A stretch of 24,000 nucleotides of DNA. It comes from an uncultured Actinomycetes bacterium. Its GTDB lineage: Bacteria > Actinomycetota > Coriobacteriia > Anaerosomatales > Anaerosomataceae. Each line of letters begins with the position of its first letter. Position 1 is the first letter of the stretch. The stretch is from contig CAWFNW010000002.1 in NCBI GenBank assembly GCA_963817405.1, forward strand, positions 313,655-337,654. Reading direction: 5' to 3'. Position numbers and translations under genes: made by a program. The notes below the pieces were generated by a model. That model was not told the DNA's origin. It saw nothing but the letters and a program-made list of their open reading frames with translations, and searched no databases. Below are positions 5,288 through 12,988 of this stretch, in pieces.

Positions 5288-7431
5288 GATCTCCCCTTGC
5301 TTCTCCCGAGCTTCTTCTTCTGAGGCGTGCCCTTCTTCTTTCGCTTCCGAACGACCGACGATGGCGTCATGAGGAGCTGCTCCTGTGCATCGAGCGGGAC
5401 TTCGCCGTCGGCGAGACGGACTCGCTCGTAGGTGCCGTCGGGGAGCATGATGCGAGCCTTCACGGTGTCGCGAAGGTAGGGCTCGAGGATCTCGTTCCGC
5501 AGCCGGAAGGTGAGCTTTGGGTCGCGAATGGGGGCGAGCACCTCGACCCGGCGGTCGAGGTTGCGCGGCATGAGGTCCGCACTCCCGATGTAGACCTCGG
5601 GCGCGCCGTCGTTGTTCGCCCAGAAGATGCGACTGTGCTCCAAGAACCGTCCGACGATGCTCCGGACCCGGATCCGTTCGCTCACGCCCGGGACACCAGG
5701 TCTGAGGCAGCACACGCCGCGTACGATGAGGTCGACCTCGACGCCGGCCTGCGATGCCTCGTACAGGAGGGCGATCATCGACGTGTCGACGAGCGAGTTC
5801 ATCTTGAAGATGAGGCGCGCATCACGCCCGGCTGCTGCGTGATCGATCTCGCGTCGGATGAACCGGGTGATGCCGTCGCGGAGTTCCATGGGCGCCACCC
5901 AGAAGCGCCGGTAGTCGTTCTTCGCCGCATAGCCGGTGACCAGGTTGAAGAGCGCCGAGGCGTCCTGGCCCATCTTCTCGTCGCACGTGAGCAGGCCGAG
6001 GTCGGTGTACTGCGTGGCGGTGACGGGGTTGTAGTTGCCGGTGCCGACGTGCACGTAGCGCCTGATGCGTCCGGCCTCGCGGCGCACCACCAGTGCCACC
6101 TTGCTGTGTGTCTTGAGCCCGACGAGGCCGTACACGACGTGCGCTCCAACCGCCTCGAGCGAACGAGCCCACTCGATGTTGCTCTCCTCATCGAAGCGTG
6201 CCTTGAGCTCCACCAGGCAGGCGACCTCCTTGCCCTCGAGCGCGGCGTCCATGAGCGCCTCGACGATGGGGGAGTCCGTGCCCACTCGGTAGAGCGTCAT
6301 CTTGATGGCGAGCACGTCGGGGTCGTGCGCGGCCTGGCGGATGAGCGCACCGACCGGTTGGAACGACTCGAAGGGGTGGTGCAGCAGGATGTCCCGTTCG
6401 CGGATGGTCGTGAAGATGTCGTGGTCGTCGTCTTCGGCGCACGCGACGGTCACGGCGGGAAGGAACGGCGCGTACTTCAAATCGGGCCGGTCGATGCGGG
6501 AAAGCGAGAACAGGTCGCTCATCCCCAACGGCGGTTCGATGGCGATCACGTCGAGCGGGTCCATCTTGAGGTTCTCGACTAAGATGTCGCGGATCGGCTC
6601 GGGCATGGTTGGTTCCACGGTCATGCGCACGACCGACCCGAAGCGACGCTGGCGCACGCCGGCCTCGATCGTCTCGAGCAGATCGTCGGCCTCGAGCTCT
6701 TGGATGACCATCTCCGCATCCCGCGTGATGCGGAATGGGTGTGCCGCCATCACCTCGAAGCCCGGGAACAGCGTATCGAGATGGGCGGTCACCAACTGCT
6801 CCAGCCAGACGAACGCGTGGCTGCGGCCCGGAGTCGCCGTCTCCGGATCGACGCTCACGAGCCGGCGGAGCGCTTTGGGGACCTTCACGCGCGCGAAGCG
6901 TTCCTCGCCGTCTGCGCCCTTCACCACGATGGCGATGTTCATGCTCAAGTTGGAGATGTGCGGGAACGGCCGCCCCGGGTCGAACGCGAGCGGGGTCAGG
7001 ACCGGAAAGACCTCGCTCGCGAAATGCGCGTCTGCCACTGCTCGCTGCTCCGGCTCCAGCTCGGCGTAGTCGAGCAGCCGGACGCCCGCATCCGCAAGTT
7101 CAGCCTTGAGCACGCGGAAGCACTCGCGCGCGTGCTCAAGCATCTTAGGCGATGCGTCGCGCACCGCGGCGAGCTGCTCGGCCGCGGTGAGCCCGTCGTC
7201 CGAGATGCTCGTGGCCCCGGCCGCGACCTGCTGCTTCAGTCCGGCGACGCGCACCATGTAGAACTCGGACAGATTCGAGCTGAAGATGGCGAGGTACTTG
7301 GCTCGCTCGAGGAGCGGGTTGGCGGGGTCGAAGGCCTCCTCCAAGACGCGCTCCTGGAACGCGAGCAGCGAGAGCTCGCGGTTGAGATACAGACTGGCGC
7401 CATAGGGGCCGGCGGTTGGCTCCACGGACAT
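5284..7431 (-). CDS. ppk1: Polyphosphate kinase 1 (PPK1) with a lysine-rich C-terminal tail
   Basis: The track ORF 5284..7947 is trimmed to ATG at 7431 (MSVEPTAGPYGASLYLNRELSLLAFQERVLEEA...), giving 715 aa. PPK1 hallmarks are present: NRELSWL-like N-terminus, SNLSEFYMVRVAGL, KTHSKVALVVRRE (catalytic His region), VGTGNYN and GSADLMPRNLDRRVE. The part upstream of 7431 is antisense to the GNAT gene and has no PPK1 similarity. The tail ends ...VVRKRKKKGTPQKKKLGRSKGRS*. Confidence 0.93.
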   Translation of the reverse strand: MSVEPTAGPYGASLYLNRELSLLAFQERVLEEAFDPANPLLERAKYLAIFSSNLSEFYMVRVAGLKQQVAAGATSISDDGLTAAEQLAAVRDASPKMLEHARECFRVLKAELADAGVRLLDYAELEPEQRAVADAHFASEVFPVLTPLAFDPGRPFPHISNLSMNIAIVVKGADGEERFARVKVPKALRRLVSVDPETATPGRSHAFVWLEQLVTAHLDTLFPGFEVMAAHPFRITRDAEMVIQELEADDLLETIEAGVRQRRFGSVVRMTVEPTMPEPIRDILVENLKMDPLDVIAIEPPLGMSDLFSLSRIDRPDLKYAPFLPAVTVACAEDDDHDIFTTIRERDILLHHPFESFQPVGALIRQAAHDPDVLAIKMTLYRVGTDSPIVEALMDAALEGKEVACLVELKARFDEESNIEWARSLEAVGAHVVYGLVGLKTHSKVALVVRREAGRIRRYVHVGTGNYNPVTATQYTDLGLLTCDEKMGQDASALFNLVTGYAAKNDYRRFWVAPMELRDGITRFIRREIDHAAAGRDARLIFKMNSLVDTSMIALLYEASQAGVEVDLIVRGVCCLRPGVPGVSERIRVRSIVGRFLEHSRIFWANNDGAPEVYIGSADLMPRNLDRRVEVLAPIRDPKLTFRLRNEILEPYLRDTVKARIMLPDGTYERVRLADGEVPLDAQEQLLMTPSSVVRKRKKKGTPQKKKLGRSKGRS

Positions 7432-7535
7432 CGCACCCCCGTTCCCGTCGGACGCGGTCTCCTCGGCATGCTTCGCGTCAAGTGTACCGCGCTGGGCCTG
7501 CGATTTGGTCGGCTGCCGAGGCGCCGGCGCGCGGG

Positions 7536-7541
7536 TATACT
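7536..7541 (+). promoter_or_regulatory. Candidate -10 hexamer TATACT for the GNAT/ABC operon
   Basis: TATACT lies 53 nt upstream of the GTG at 7594, in the divergent ppk1/GNAT intergenic region. It is the same hexamer as at 521-526. TTGGTC at 7505-7510 is 25 nt away, too far to serve as a canonical -35. Confidence 0.25.
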
Positions 7542-7593
7542 GGGCAGGTCCGGCTGGTCGAGGTGACGGATTCCAGAAAGGGGGGAACGCGCT

Positions 7594-8211
7594 GTGGAAG
7601 GTCCCGTCGAGGTCCCCTACCCGCAGTACCGCTGCGGGGTCTGCGGCGAGGACCTCCCGCTCAACGACGCACGGATGATGGTGACGTGTGCCACGCACCG
7701 TCTCGAAGGCGCGGAGATCGCCTTCTCGGTACGGCCAGCCACACCCGCCGACCGGACCGACATCGAGCTCATCTGCGACCGGGCGTGGGGTGAGACCGAA
7801 CTTGACGCGTTCGGCGTCACCTTCGACGTGCTCACGAGCGAGAACCTCATTGCCGAGGCAGCGGGCGAGTTCGCCGGCCTCATCTCGCTTGCGCTTCACG
7901 GCGGAGAACTCGCCATCGTGCTGCTTTCCGTCTATCCGCGGTTTCAAGGCTCGGGTGTCGGGAGTGCGCTCATAGAGGCGGCGGTTGGTCTCGCCCTCGA
8001 CAAGGGCCTCTCATCGCTCAAGGTGGCCACCACCAACGACGACCTTCCCGCGCTCTACGTCTATCAGCGTCAGGGGTTCAGCATCTACGACGTCGCGTGC
8101 GGCAGCGTCGCCGACCACCATGGCGCCGCCATCGCGGGCTTCGCGAACATCGCCGTTCGTGACGAGATCCGGCTCCGCCGTCCCGTCTGTGCCCGGATTC
8201 CGGAGCGGTAG
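7594..8211 (+). CDS. GNAT-family N-acetyltransferase with an N-terminal Cys/His zinc-ribbon-like segment
   Basis: 205 aa. The acetyl-CoA binding motif A (Q/RxxGxG/A) appears as RFQGSGVGSALIEAA, followed by YVYQRQGF. The N-terminus reads YRCGVCGEDLPLNDARMMVTCATH (CxxC...CxxH). An AAAGGGGGG Shine-Dalgarno at 7577-7585 lies 8 nt before the GTG. Confidence 0.8.
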   Translation: MEGPVEVPYPQYRCGVCGEDLPLNDARMMVTCATHRLEGAEIAFSVRPATPADRTDIELICDRAWGETELDAFGVTFDVLTSENLIAEAAGEFAGLISLALHGGELAIVLLSVYPRFQGSGVGSALIEAAVGLALDKGLSSLKVATTNDDLPALYVYQRQGFSIYDVACGSVADHHGAAIAGFANIAVRDEIRLRRPVCARIPER

Positions 8212-8219
8212 ACCCGGCC

Positions 8220-8999
8220 GTGGCGCGCGTCGATATCGCGGACCTGAACGTCACATACGCAGGCGTCGACCACGACGTCAGCGCGCTTCGCTCGCTCACG
8301 CTCTCGGTCGCCGACGGCGAGCCGATCGCAATCATCGGCCCCTCGGGCTGCGGCAAATCCACGCTGCTCTTGGCGATCGCCGGACTGGTCGCGCCGGATT
8401 CGGGCGCCCTCGGCGTCGGTGGCTCTCCCGTGACAGGGCCGCGCCTGCGTACGGCGCTCATCCTGCAAGACTTCGGGCTGCTCCCGTGGAAGACCGTGTT
8501 CCACAATGCGGCGCTTGGCCTGGAGCTCCGTCACATCGACGCGCAGGAGCGCGCGCAGACGGTCACCGACGCGCTCGATCGCCTCGGCCTCGCCGACTTC
8601 GCCCAGGCCTTCCCCGGAGAACTCTCCGGCGGCATGCGGCAGCGTCTCGCGCTCGCGCGCGCACTTGCCCTGGATGCCGACCTCCTCCTGATGGACGAGC
8701 CGCTCTCCGCGCTCGACGCGCTCACGCGGGAGGACCTCCAGAACCTGCTCCTGGCCATGTGGCGACAGCGCGGTCACACCGCGATCCTCGTGACGCACTC
8801 GATCGAGGAAGCGGTCTACCTGGGCCGCCGCGTTGTGGTGCTCTCGCCGCGTCCCGGCCGGGTGGCCGGCATCGTCGACAACCCGGGGATGGGCGAGGAC
8901 GGCTACCGCGATACGCCTGCGTTCCTCGAGCGCACGAGCGAGCTTCGGCGGCTTCTTGAAGCTGAGGGCGCTATCGGCGCCGTGGCGGTGTCCGCATGA
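8220..8999 (+). CDS. ABC transporter ATP-binding protein (nitrate/sulfonate/taurine NitT/TauT-like family)
   Basis: 259 aa. Walker A is IIGPSGCGKSTLL, the ABC signature is LSGGMRQRLALARAL, Walker B is LLLMDEPLSALD and the H-loop is VTHSIEEA. It starts 8 nt after the GNAT stop. Confidence 0.92.
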   Translation: MARVDIADLNVTYAGVDHDVSALRSLTLSVADGEPIAIIGPSGCGKSTLLLAIAGLVAPDSGALGVGGSPVTGPRLRTALILQDFGLLPWKTVFHNAALGLELRHIDAQERAQTVTDALDRLGLADFAQAFPGELSGGMRQRLALARALALDADLLLMDEPLSALDALTREDLQNLLLAMWRQRGHTAILVTHSIEEAVYLGRRVVVLSPRPGRVAGIVDNPGMGEDGYRDTPAFLERTSELRRLLEAEGAIGAVAVSA

Positions 9000-9751
9000 G
9001 CGCCTTCGGTCGCCGCCTTGGCGGCTACCTGGTTGCAACCGTCGTGCTCGTCGTGCTCTGGGAGCTCGCGTCCCTCGCCGTCGGGAAGCAGGCGTTCCCG
9101 GGCCCGGCGCTCGCCATTAGCGACTTCGTGCGGCTGTTCGGGAGCGACATCGCTCCGCACCTCGGGGTGAGCGCGTGGCGGGTGGTTGCGTCGATGGCAC
9201 TCGGCACCGCGCTCGCCGCACCGCTCGGCCTCGTTATCGGCCGCAGCCCTCGGCTGGATACCGTCGCGGCGCCGCTCCTCTATCTCACGTACCCGATCCC
9301 CAAAGTGGTCTTCCTGCCGGTGCTGCTGGTGCTCTTGGGTATCGGCGACGCGCCCAAGATCGCGCTCATCACGATCATCGTCTTCTTCCAGATCCTCGTG
9401 ACGGCGCGCGATGCGGCTCGGGGTATCCCGGCCTCGGCGGTGCTCTCGGTGCGCTCGCTTGGCGCCACCCGCACGCAGGTCTTCCGGCACGTCACCGTTC
9501 CCGCCGCGCTGCCAGAGATCTTCACGGCGCTCCGCATCAGCGTGGGAACGGCGATCGCCGTGCTCTTCTTCTCGGAGACGATCGCGGGAACCGACGGGCT
9601 CGGCTACTACATCATCGATGCCTGGGGACGCATCTCATACAGCGAGATGTTCGCGGGCATCATCGCGATGGCGCTCCTGGGTGTGATCCTCTACGAGATC
9701 GCGGAGTATGCCGAGCGGCACATCTGCCGCTGGACGCGCGCGGGCCGCTAG
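8996..9751 (+). CDS. ABC transporter permease (SsuC/TauC-like, binding-protein-dependent type)
   Basis: 251 aa with about six hydrophobic segments. An EAA-like loop reads ARDAARGIPASAVLSVRSLGATRTQVFRHVTVPAALPEIF. ATGA start/stop overlap with the ATPase gene (8996-8999). Confidence 0.85.
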   Translation: MSAFGRRLGGYLVATVVLVVLWELASLAVGKQAFPGPALAISDFVRLFGSDIAPHLGVSAWRVVASMALGTALAAPLGLVIGRSPRLDTVAAPLLYLTYPIPKVVFLPVLLVLLGIGDAPKIALITIIVFFQILVTARDAARGIPASAVLSVRSLGATRTQVFRHVTVPAALPEIFTALRISVGTAIAVLFFSETIAGTDGLGYYIIDAWGRISYSEMFAGIIAMALLGVILYEIAEYAERHICRWTRAGR

Positions 9752-9776
9752 GGCTGCTCGCGACCGGTGGTGCGCG

Positions 9777-10148
9777 CTACTCCCCGAGGATCGCCACGAC
9801 CTTCATCCGGAGCGTCTTCGGCTCGAACGGCTTGGTGAGGTAGTCGTCGCACCCCAGCGATGTCCCGCGCTCGAGGTCCCACTTCTGCGCGGCGGTCGTG
9901 AGCATCATGACGCGCGTCTCGGCCAACTCGGGGCGCTTGCGAAGGAACTCGAGCACCTCGAAGCCGCTGAGCTCGGGCATAGTGACGTCCAGCAGCACCA
10001 GGTCGGGCTTCACGGCGATCGCGGTCTCGAGCGCCTCCGCGCCGTCGGTCGCGTACACGATCTCGTGCCCCAGCGATCTCAGCGCAGCTCCCACGAGCAT
10101 GCGGATCTGCTGGTTGTCATCGGCCACGAGGATGGTGCGAGTGCTCAC
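9777..10148 (-). CDS. Single-domain response regulator (CheY-like receiver only)
   Basis: The track ORF 9777..10271 is trimmed to GTG at 10148 (VSTRTILVADDNQQIR...), giving 123 aa, with a GGGAG Shine-Dalgarno 5 nt upstream. Receiver residues are present: DD (ILVADD), the phospho-acceptor context LVLLDVTMP, MMLTT and YLTKPF. No output domain. Confidence 0.88.
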   Translation of the reverse strand: MSTRTILVADDNQQIRMLVGAALRSLGHEIVYATDGAEALETAIAVKPDLVLLDVTMPELSGFEVLEFLRKRPELAETRVMMLTTAAQKWDLERGTSLGCDDYLTKPFEPKTLRMKVVAILGE

Positions 10149-10188
10149 GGCGTCTCCCGGAATCGAAAGCGGGTAGGCAGGGGCGCTC

Positions 10189-10638
10189 TCAGTCGCGGTC
10201 GCGGTGCATGATGTTGACGATGTGGTGCAGCTTGGCCTCGCGCTGCTTCCGCTCGCGGGCCACCTCCGCACGCCGCTTCGGGTCCAGCATCGCCTCGATG
10301 TGGTCCGCGACCTCGGACGGCTTGAACGGCTTCGGCAGGTAGTCGGTGAGATCGTCCGCCATCTGCGAGACCTGGTCCTCGAACGTCCCCGCTGCCGAGA
10401 GGAAGAGGATCGGCGTCTGGTTGCCGCGGCGGCGGATCTCGTCGTGCGCCTCGTGGCCGGTCATCTGCGGCATCATGACGTCCAGCACGATCAAGTCGGG
10501 CTTCTCGGCCTCCACCATGCCGAGCGCTTCCACGCCGTTCGACGCCGTGATGACCGTGTGTCCCCGGTTGGTCAGCGCCACGGTGAGCAGCCGCTGGATG
10601 TTGGGCTCGTCATCGACGACGAGGATCTTTGCGCTCAT
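10189..10638 (-). CDS. Response-regulator receiver protein with a short charged C-terminal helix and no recognisable output domain
   Basis: 149 aa: MSAKILVVDDEPNIQ, LIVLDVMMPQMTG, ILFLSA and YLPKPF. The ~30-aa tail is DPKRRAEVARERKQREAKLHHIVNIMHRDRD. An AAAGGTAGGG Shine-Dalgarno lies upstream of the ATG. Confidence 0.88.
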   Translation of the reverse strand: MSAKILVVDDEPNIQRLLTVALTNRGHTVITASNGVEALGMVEAEKPDLIVLDVMMPQMTGHEAHDEIRRRGNQTPILFLSAAGTFEDQVSQMADDLTDYLPKPFKPSEVADHIEAMLDPKRRAEVARERKQREAKLHHIVNIMHRDRD

Positions 10639-10701
10639 GCGACCCTACCTTTCGCTTCGTTCGTTCTTCCGCCCGCGACCACCGTCCGGTGGCGTCGGCC
10701 C

Positions 10702-12861
10702 TCAGTCCTCTTGCTCCAGCAACGTCTCGATCCGTGTGACCAGGTCCTCGACCGAGAACGGCTTGTCCACCCGCGTCTCCGCAAGCCCGAGGATATCGGT
10801 CCGCGCCCGGTCGATCTGGTGGGCGGTCATGACGACGATGGGGATGTCTTTCGTGTCCTCGGCGGTCTTGACCCGTTCTATAACCTGATACCCATCCATA
10901 ACCGGCATCTTCAGGTCGAGCAGGATCAGGTGCGGCCGTGTGCGTGCGATGGCGGCCATCGCCTCCGCGCCGTCGTAGGCGCAGATGACCGAGTAGCCGC
11001 TCGAAAGCAGCGTGCGGCGAAGGATATCCACGATGTCTCGGTCGTCGTCGACCACGAGCACAACCGGCGAGGCGACCGTCCCGACGATGCTGTTCACGAT
11101 GCCGATCAGCCGCTGCTTGTCGATGGGCTTCTCGAGGTACTCGGCGGCGCCGAGGCGGCACGAGCGGCCTTCGTCGCACACGATCGAGAGCACCACCACC
11201 GGGATCTCGGCCGTTGCAGCAGTGTCTTTCAGCCGCTGCAGCAGATCGAAGCCCTCGCCGTCTTCGAGCATGACGTCGAGCGTGATGGCCCTCGGCTGCA
11301 GCTGCTGCGCCATACTCAGCGCCTCGTCAGCGCTGAAGGCCTTCGCTACCGAGTAGCCCTGCTTCGTGAGGTAGGTCTCGATGAGCGCGGCTGCCTCGGG
11401 GTCGCGATCCACGACGAGGATGAGACCGCCCGAGGTGCCTGCCCCCTCGACGCCGGGCGTGCGTACGACGGCCGGCCCTGCGACAGGCAGGGTGAAGAAG
11501 AACGTGGAGCCGGTTCCCGCGGCGCTCCGGACGCCCACCGTGCCGCCCAGAAGCTCGATGATGCTCTTGCAGATGCTCAGTCCCAACCCGGTGCCGCCGA
11601 TCTCGCGGGTGAGCGAGGAGTCGACTCGGTAGAACTTCGTGAAGAGGCGGGCCTGGTCCGCCTCGGAGATGCCGATGCCTTCGTCGCTGATGGACACGGT
11701 CACAAAGCCATCCGCGGCGTGGGCACTGACGGTGACCGTGCCGCCGGCGGGGGAGTACTTGATCGCGTTGCTCATGAAGTTGATGAGCACCTGTCCCGCC
11801 CGCTGGCGGTCGCCGGCGGCGCGTGGCAGGTCCGCGGGGACGTCGAGCACCACATGATGCCCGGTCTGCTCGGCAACGGCCGCGAAGGTGTCGGCGCCGG
11901 CCGCGGCAAGCTCCGCCAGGTCCAGCGGCTCGATCTTGAGCACGATGCGGCCGCTCTCGATGCGCGAGATGTCGAGCATGTCGTTGATGAGCTCGACCAG
12001 CCGGTCCGAGTTCTCCTTCACGATTCCGAGGAACTCGCGGGTGATCTCGTTGATCTCGCCGGCGTCGCCGTCGAGGATGAGGTCGATGTAGCCCTTGATC
12101 GAGGTCAGCGGCGTCCTGAGCTCGTGCGACACCGTGGAGACGAACTCGTTCTTCATCTGCATGACTTCGCGTTCGGCCGTGACGTCGTGCAGCGTTGCCA
12201 CGTACCCCAGGTAGCGACCGTCGCCGTCCAGCACGGGGTCGGTCCGCACGTCGAGGATGCGGTGTTCGGGCTCCTCGAGCGCGACCTCGCGCACCTGCGA
12301 CCCGTCGGCGGCTGGATCGAAGCCCTCCTCGGCCGGCATGGCAACGAGCTCCCACAGCCGCTTGCGTGTGCCAAGCACGGCGGGCCGCTCGAGGCCGAGC
12401 ATCGTGCAGGCAGCGGGGTTGATGAAGTTCACGACATCGTCAGCCCCCAGGACGATGAGGCCGTCGGTCGTACTGGCGAGCACGGCCTCCGCTCGCCGGC
12501 GAAGCGCCTCGATCTCGCTCTCGTCGCGAAGCGTGACGCTCACCGTTCGAGCGCCGGAGCACTCGTGCGGAGCGATGGTCGCTGCGACCGTGCGGTCGCG
12601 CTTCGCGATGCGGAGCGACGCCGGTTCGTGCTCTGAGCCCGGCTCGAGCAGTTCGGCGATGGCGGCCACGATCGTGGGCTCACCGAGGTCGGTGTACGTC
12701 GCCCCGACGACGTCGGCTCTCAGGCCGAGCATGCGCGCCGCGGCCTCATTGAGCGTGCGTATCTCGCCGACAGGACCGATGCCGATGAGACCCTCGCTCG
12801 CCTGGTCGATGAGCCTCGGCGTAGCGTCGTGACTTCGTGATTCACCACCGGAGAGCACCAC
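10702..12861 (-). CDS. Hybrid sensor histidine kinase: PAS-PAS-HisKA-HATPase_c-REC-REC, with no transmembrane segment seen
   Basis: H-box FVSTVSHELRTPLTSIKGY, N-box LINFMSNAIKYS, G1 ISDEGIGI, F-box FTKFYRVD and G2 GGTGLGLSICK. Two C-terminal receivers are present: LILVVDRD...ITLDVML...VVLSIV...LEKPI, and VLVVDDD...LILLDLKMP...VVMTAH...VDKPF. Two PAS-like blocks precede the H-box. I prefer GTG at 12861 because a GGGGAGGTG Shine-Dalgarno is adjacent; the track start TTG at 12918 is the in-frame alternative. Confidence 0.92.
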   Translation of the reverse strand: MVLSGGESRSHDATPRLIDQASEGLIGIGPVGEIRTLNEAAARMLGLRADVVGATYTDLGEPTIVAAIAELLEPGSEHEPASLRIAKRDRTVAATIAPHECSGARTVSVTLRDESEIEALRRRAEAVLASTTDGLIVLGADDVVNFINPAACTMLGLERPAVLGTRKRLWELVAMPAEEGFDPAADGSQVREVALEEPEHRILDVRTDPVLDGDGRYLGYVATLHDVTAEREVMQMKNEFVSTVSHELRTPLTSIKGYIDLILDGDAGEINEITREFLGIVKENSDRLVELINDMLDISRIESGRIVLKIEPLDLAELAAAGADTFAAVAEQTGHHVVLDVPADLPRAAGDRQRAGQVLINFMSNAIKYSPAGGTVTVSAHAADGFVTVSISDEGIGISEADQARLFTKFYRVDSSLTREIGGTGLGLSICKSIIELLGGTVGVRSAAGTGSTFFFTLPVAGPAVVRTPGVEGAGTSGGLILVVDRDPEAAALIETYLTKQGYSVAKAFSADEALSMAQQLQPRAITLDVMLEDGEGFDLLQRLKDTAATAEIPVVVLSIVCDEGRSCRLGAAEYLEKPIDKQRLIGIVNSIVGTVASPVVLVVDDDRDIVDILRRTLLSSGYSVICAYDGAEAMAAIARTRPHLILLDLKMPVMDGYQVIERVKTAEDTKDIPIVVMTAHQIDRARTDILGLAETRVDKPFSVEDLVTRIETLLEQED

Positions 12862-12988
12862 GCCACCTCCCCGCTCGGGCACATGCGTCCAGAGGGGTGT
12901 TCGCCGGGATACGTCCAATCCCTGCCGTGTGGCATCATGGCTCCTGCAAGCAACCTGCGGCGGAGTAGCGGACGCCGGTGTGTTCAGA

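Noticed and set aside
4328-5323. 331-aa plus-strand ORF opposite ppk2 (also 4300..4524 + and 4506..4976 +)
   Set aside because: It is the mirror frame of the well-supported PPK2 gene and the small ORF. The Leu/Ala/Glu/Asp-rich product has no motifs and there is no Shine-Dalgarno.
5288-5713. N-terminal 142-aa extension of the ppk2 ORF in the track
   Set aside because: The extension overlaps the ppk1 3' region out of frame and is Arg/Pro-rich. ATG 5287 has a Shine-Dalgarno and an ATGA overlap with the ppk1 stop.
7432-7947. N-terminal 172-aa extension of the ppk1 ORF in the track (start at 7947)
   Set aside because: The extension has no PPK1 similarity, runs antisense through the GNAT gene with its clear acetyl-CoA motif, and crosses the promoter region. 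The PPK1 homology begins right after the ATG at 7431.
9752-9776. Possible terminator in the 25-nt gap between the convergent ABC permease and response-regulator genes (and likewise 13866-13886 between the PRTase gene and pknB)
   Set aside because: I could find only 4-5 bp imperfect stems with no U-tract, which is not enough to call a terminator.
10204-12636. 810-aa plus-strand ORF opposite the hybrid histidine kinase and a response regulator
   Set aside because: It is antisense to genes with full H/N/G1/F/G2 and receiver motifs. Its composition (Asp/Arg/Val/His/Gly repeats) is typical of the reverse frame of GC-rich coding sequence.
12720-12953. 77-aa minus-strand ORF with an AGGAG 3 nt before ATGATG, overlapping the histidine-kinase 5' end in another frame
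   Set aside because: The Shine-Dalgarno spacing is too short and third-position GC is mixed. It overlaps the PAS-coding frame, which shows clear coding bias, and its product is Arg/Ser-rich. A short upstream ORF cannot be fully excluded.
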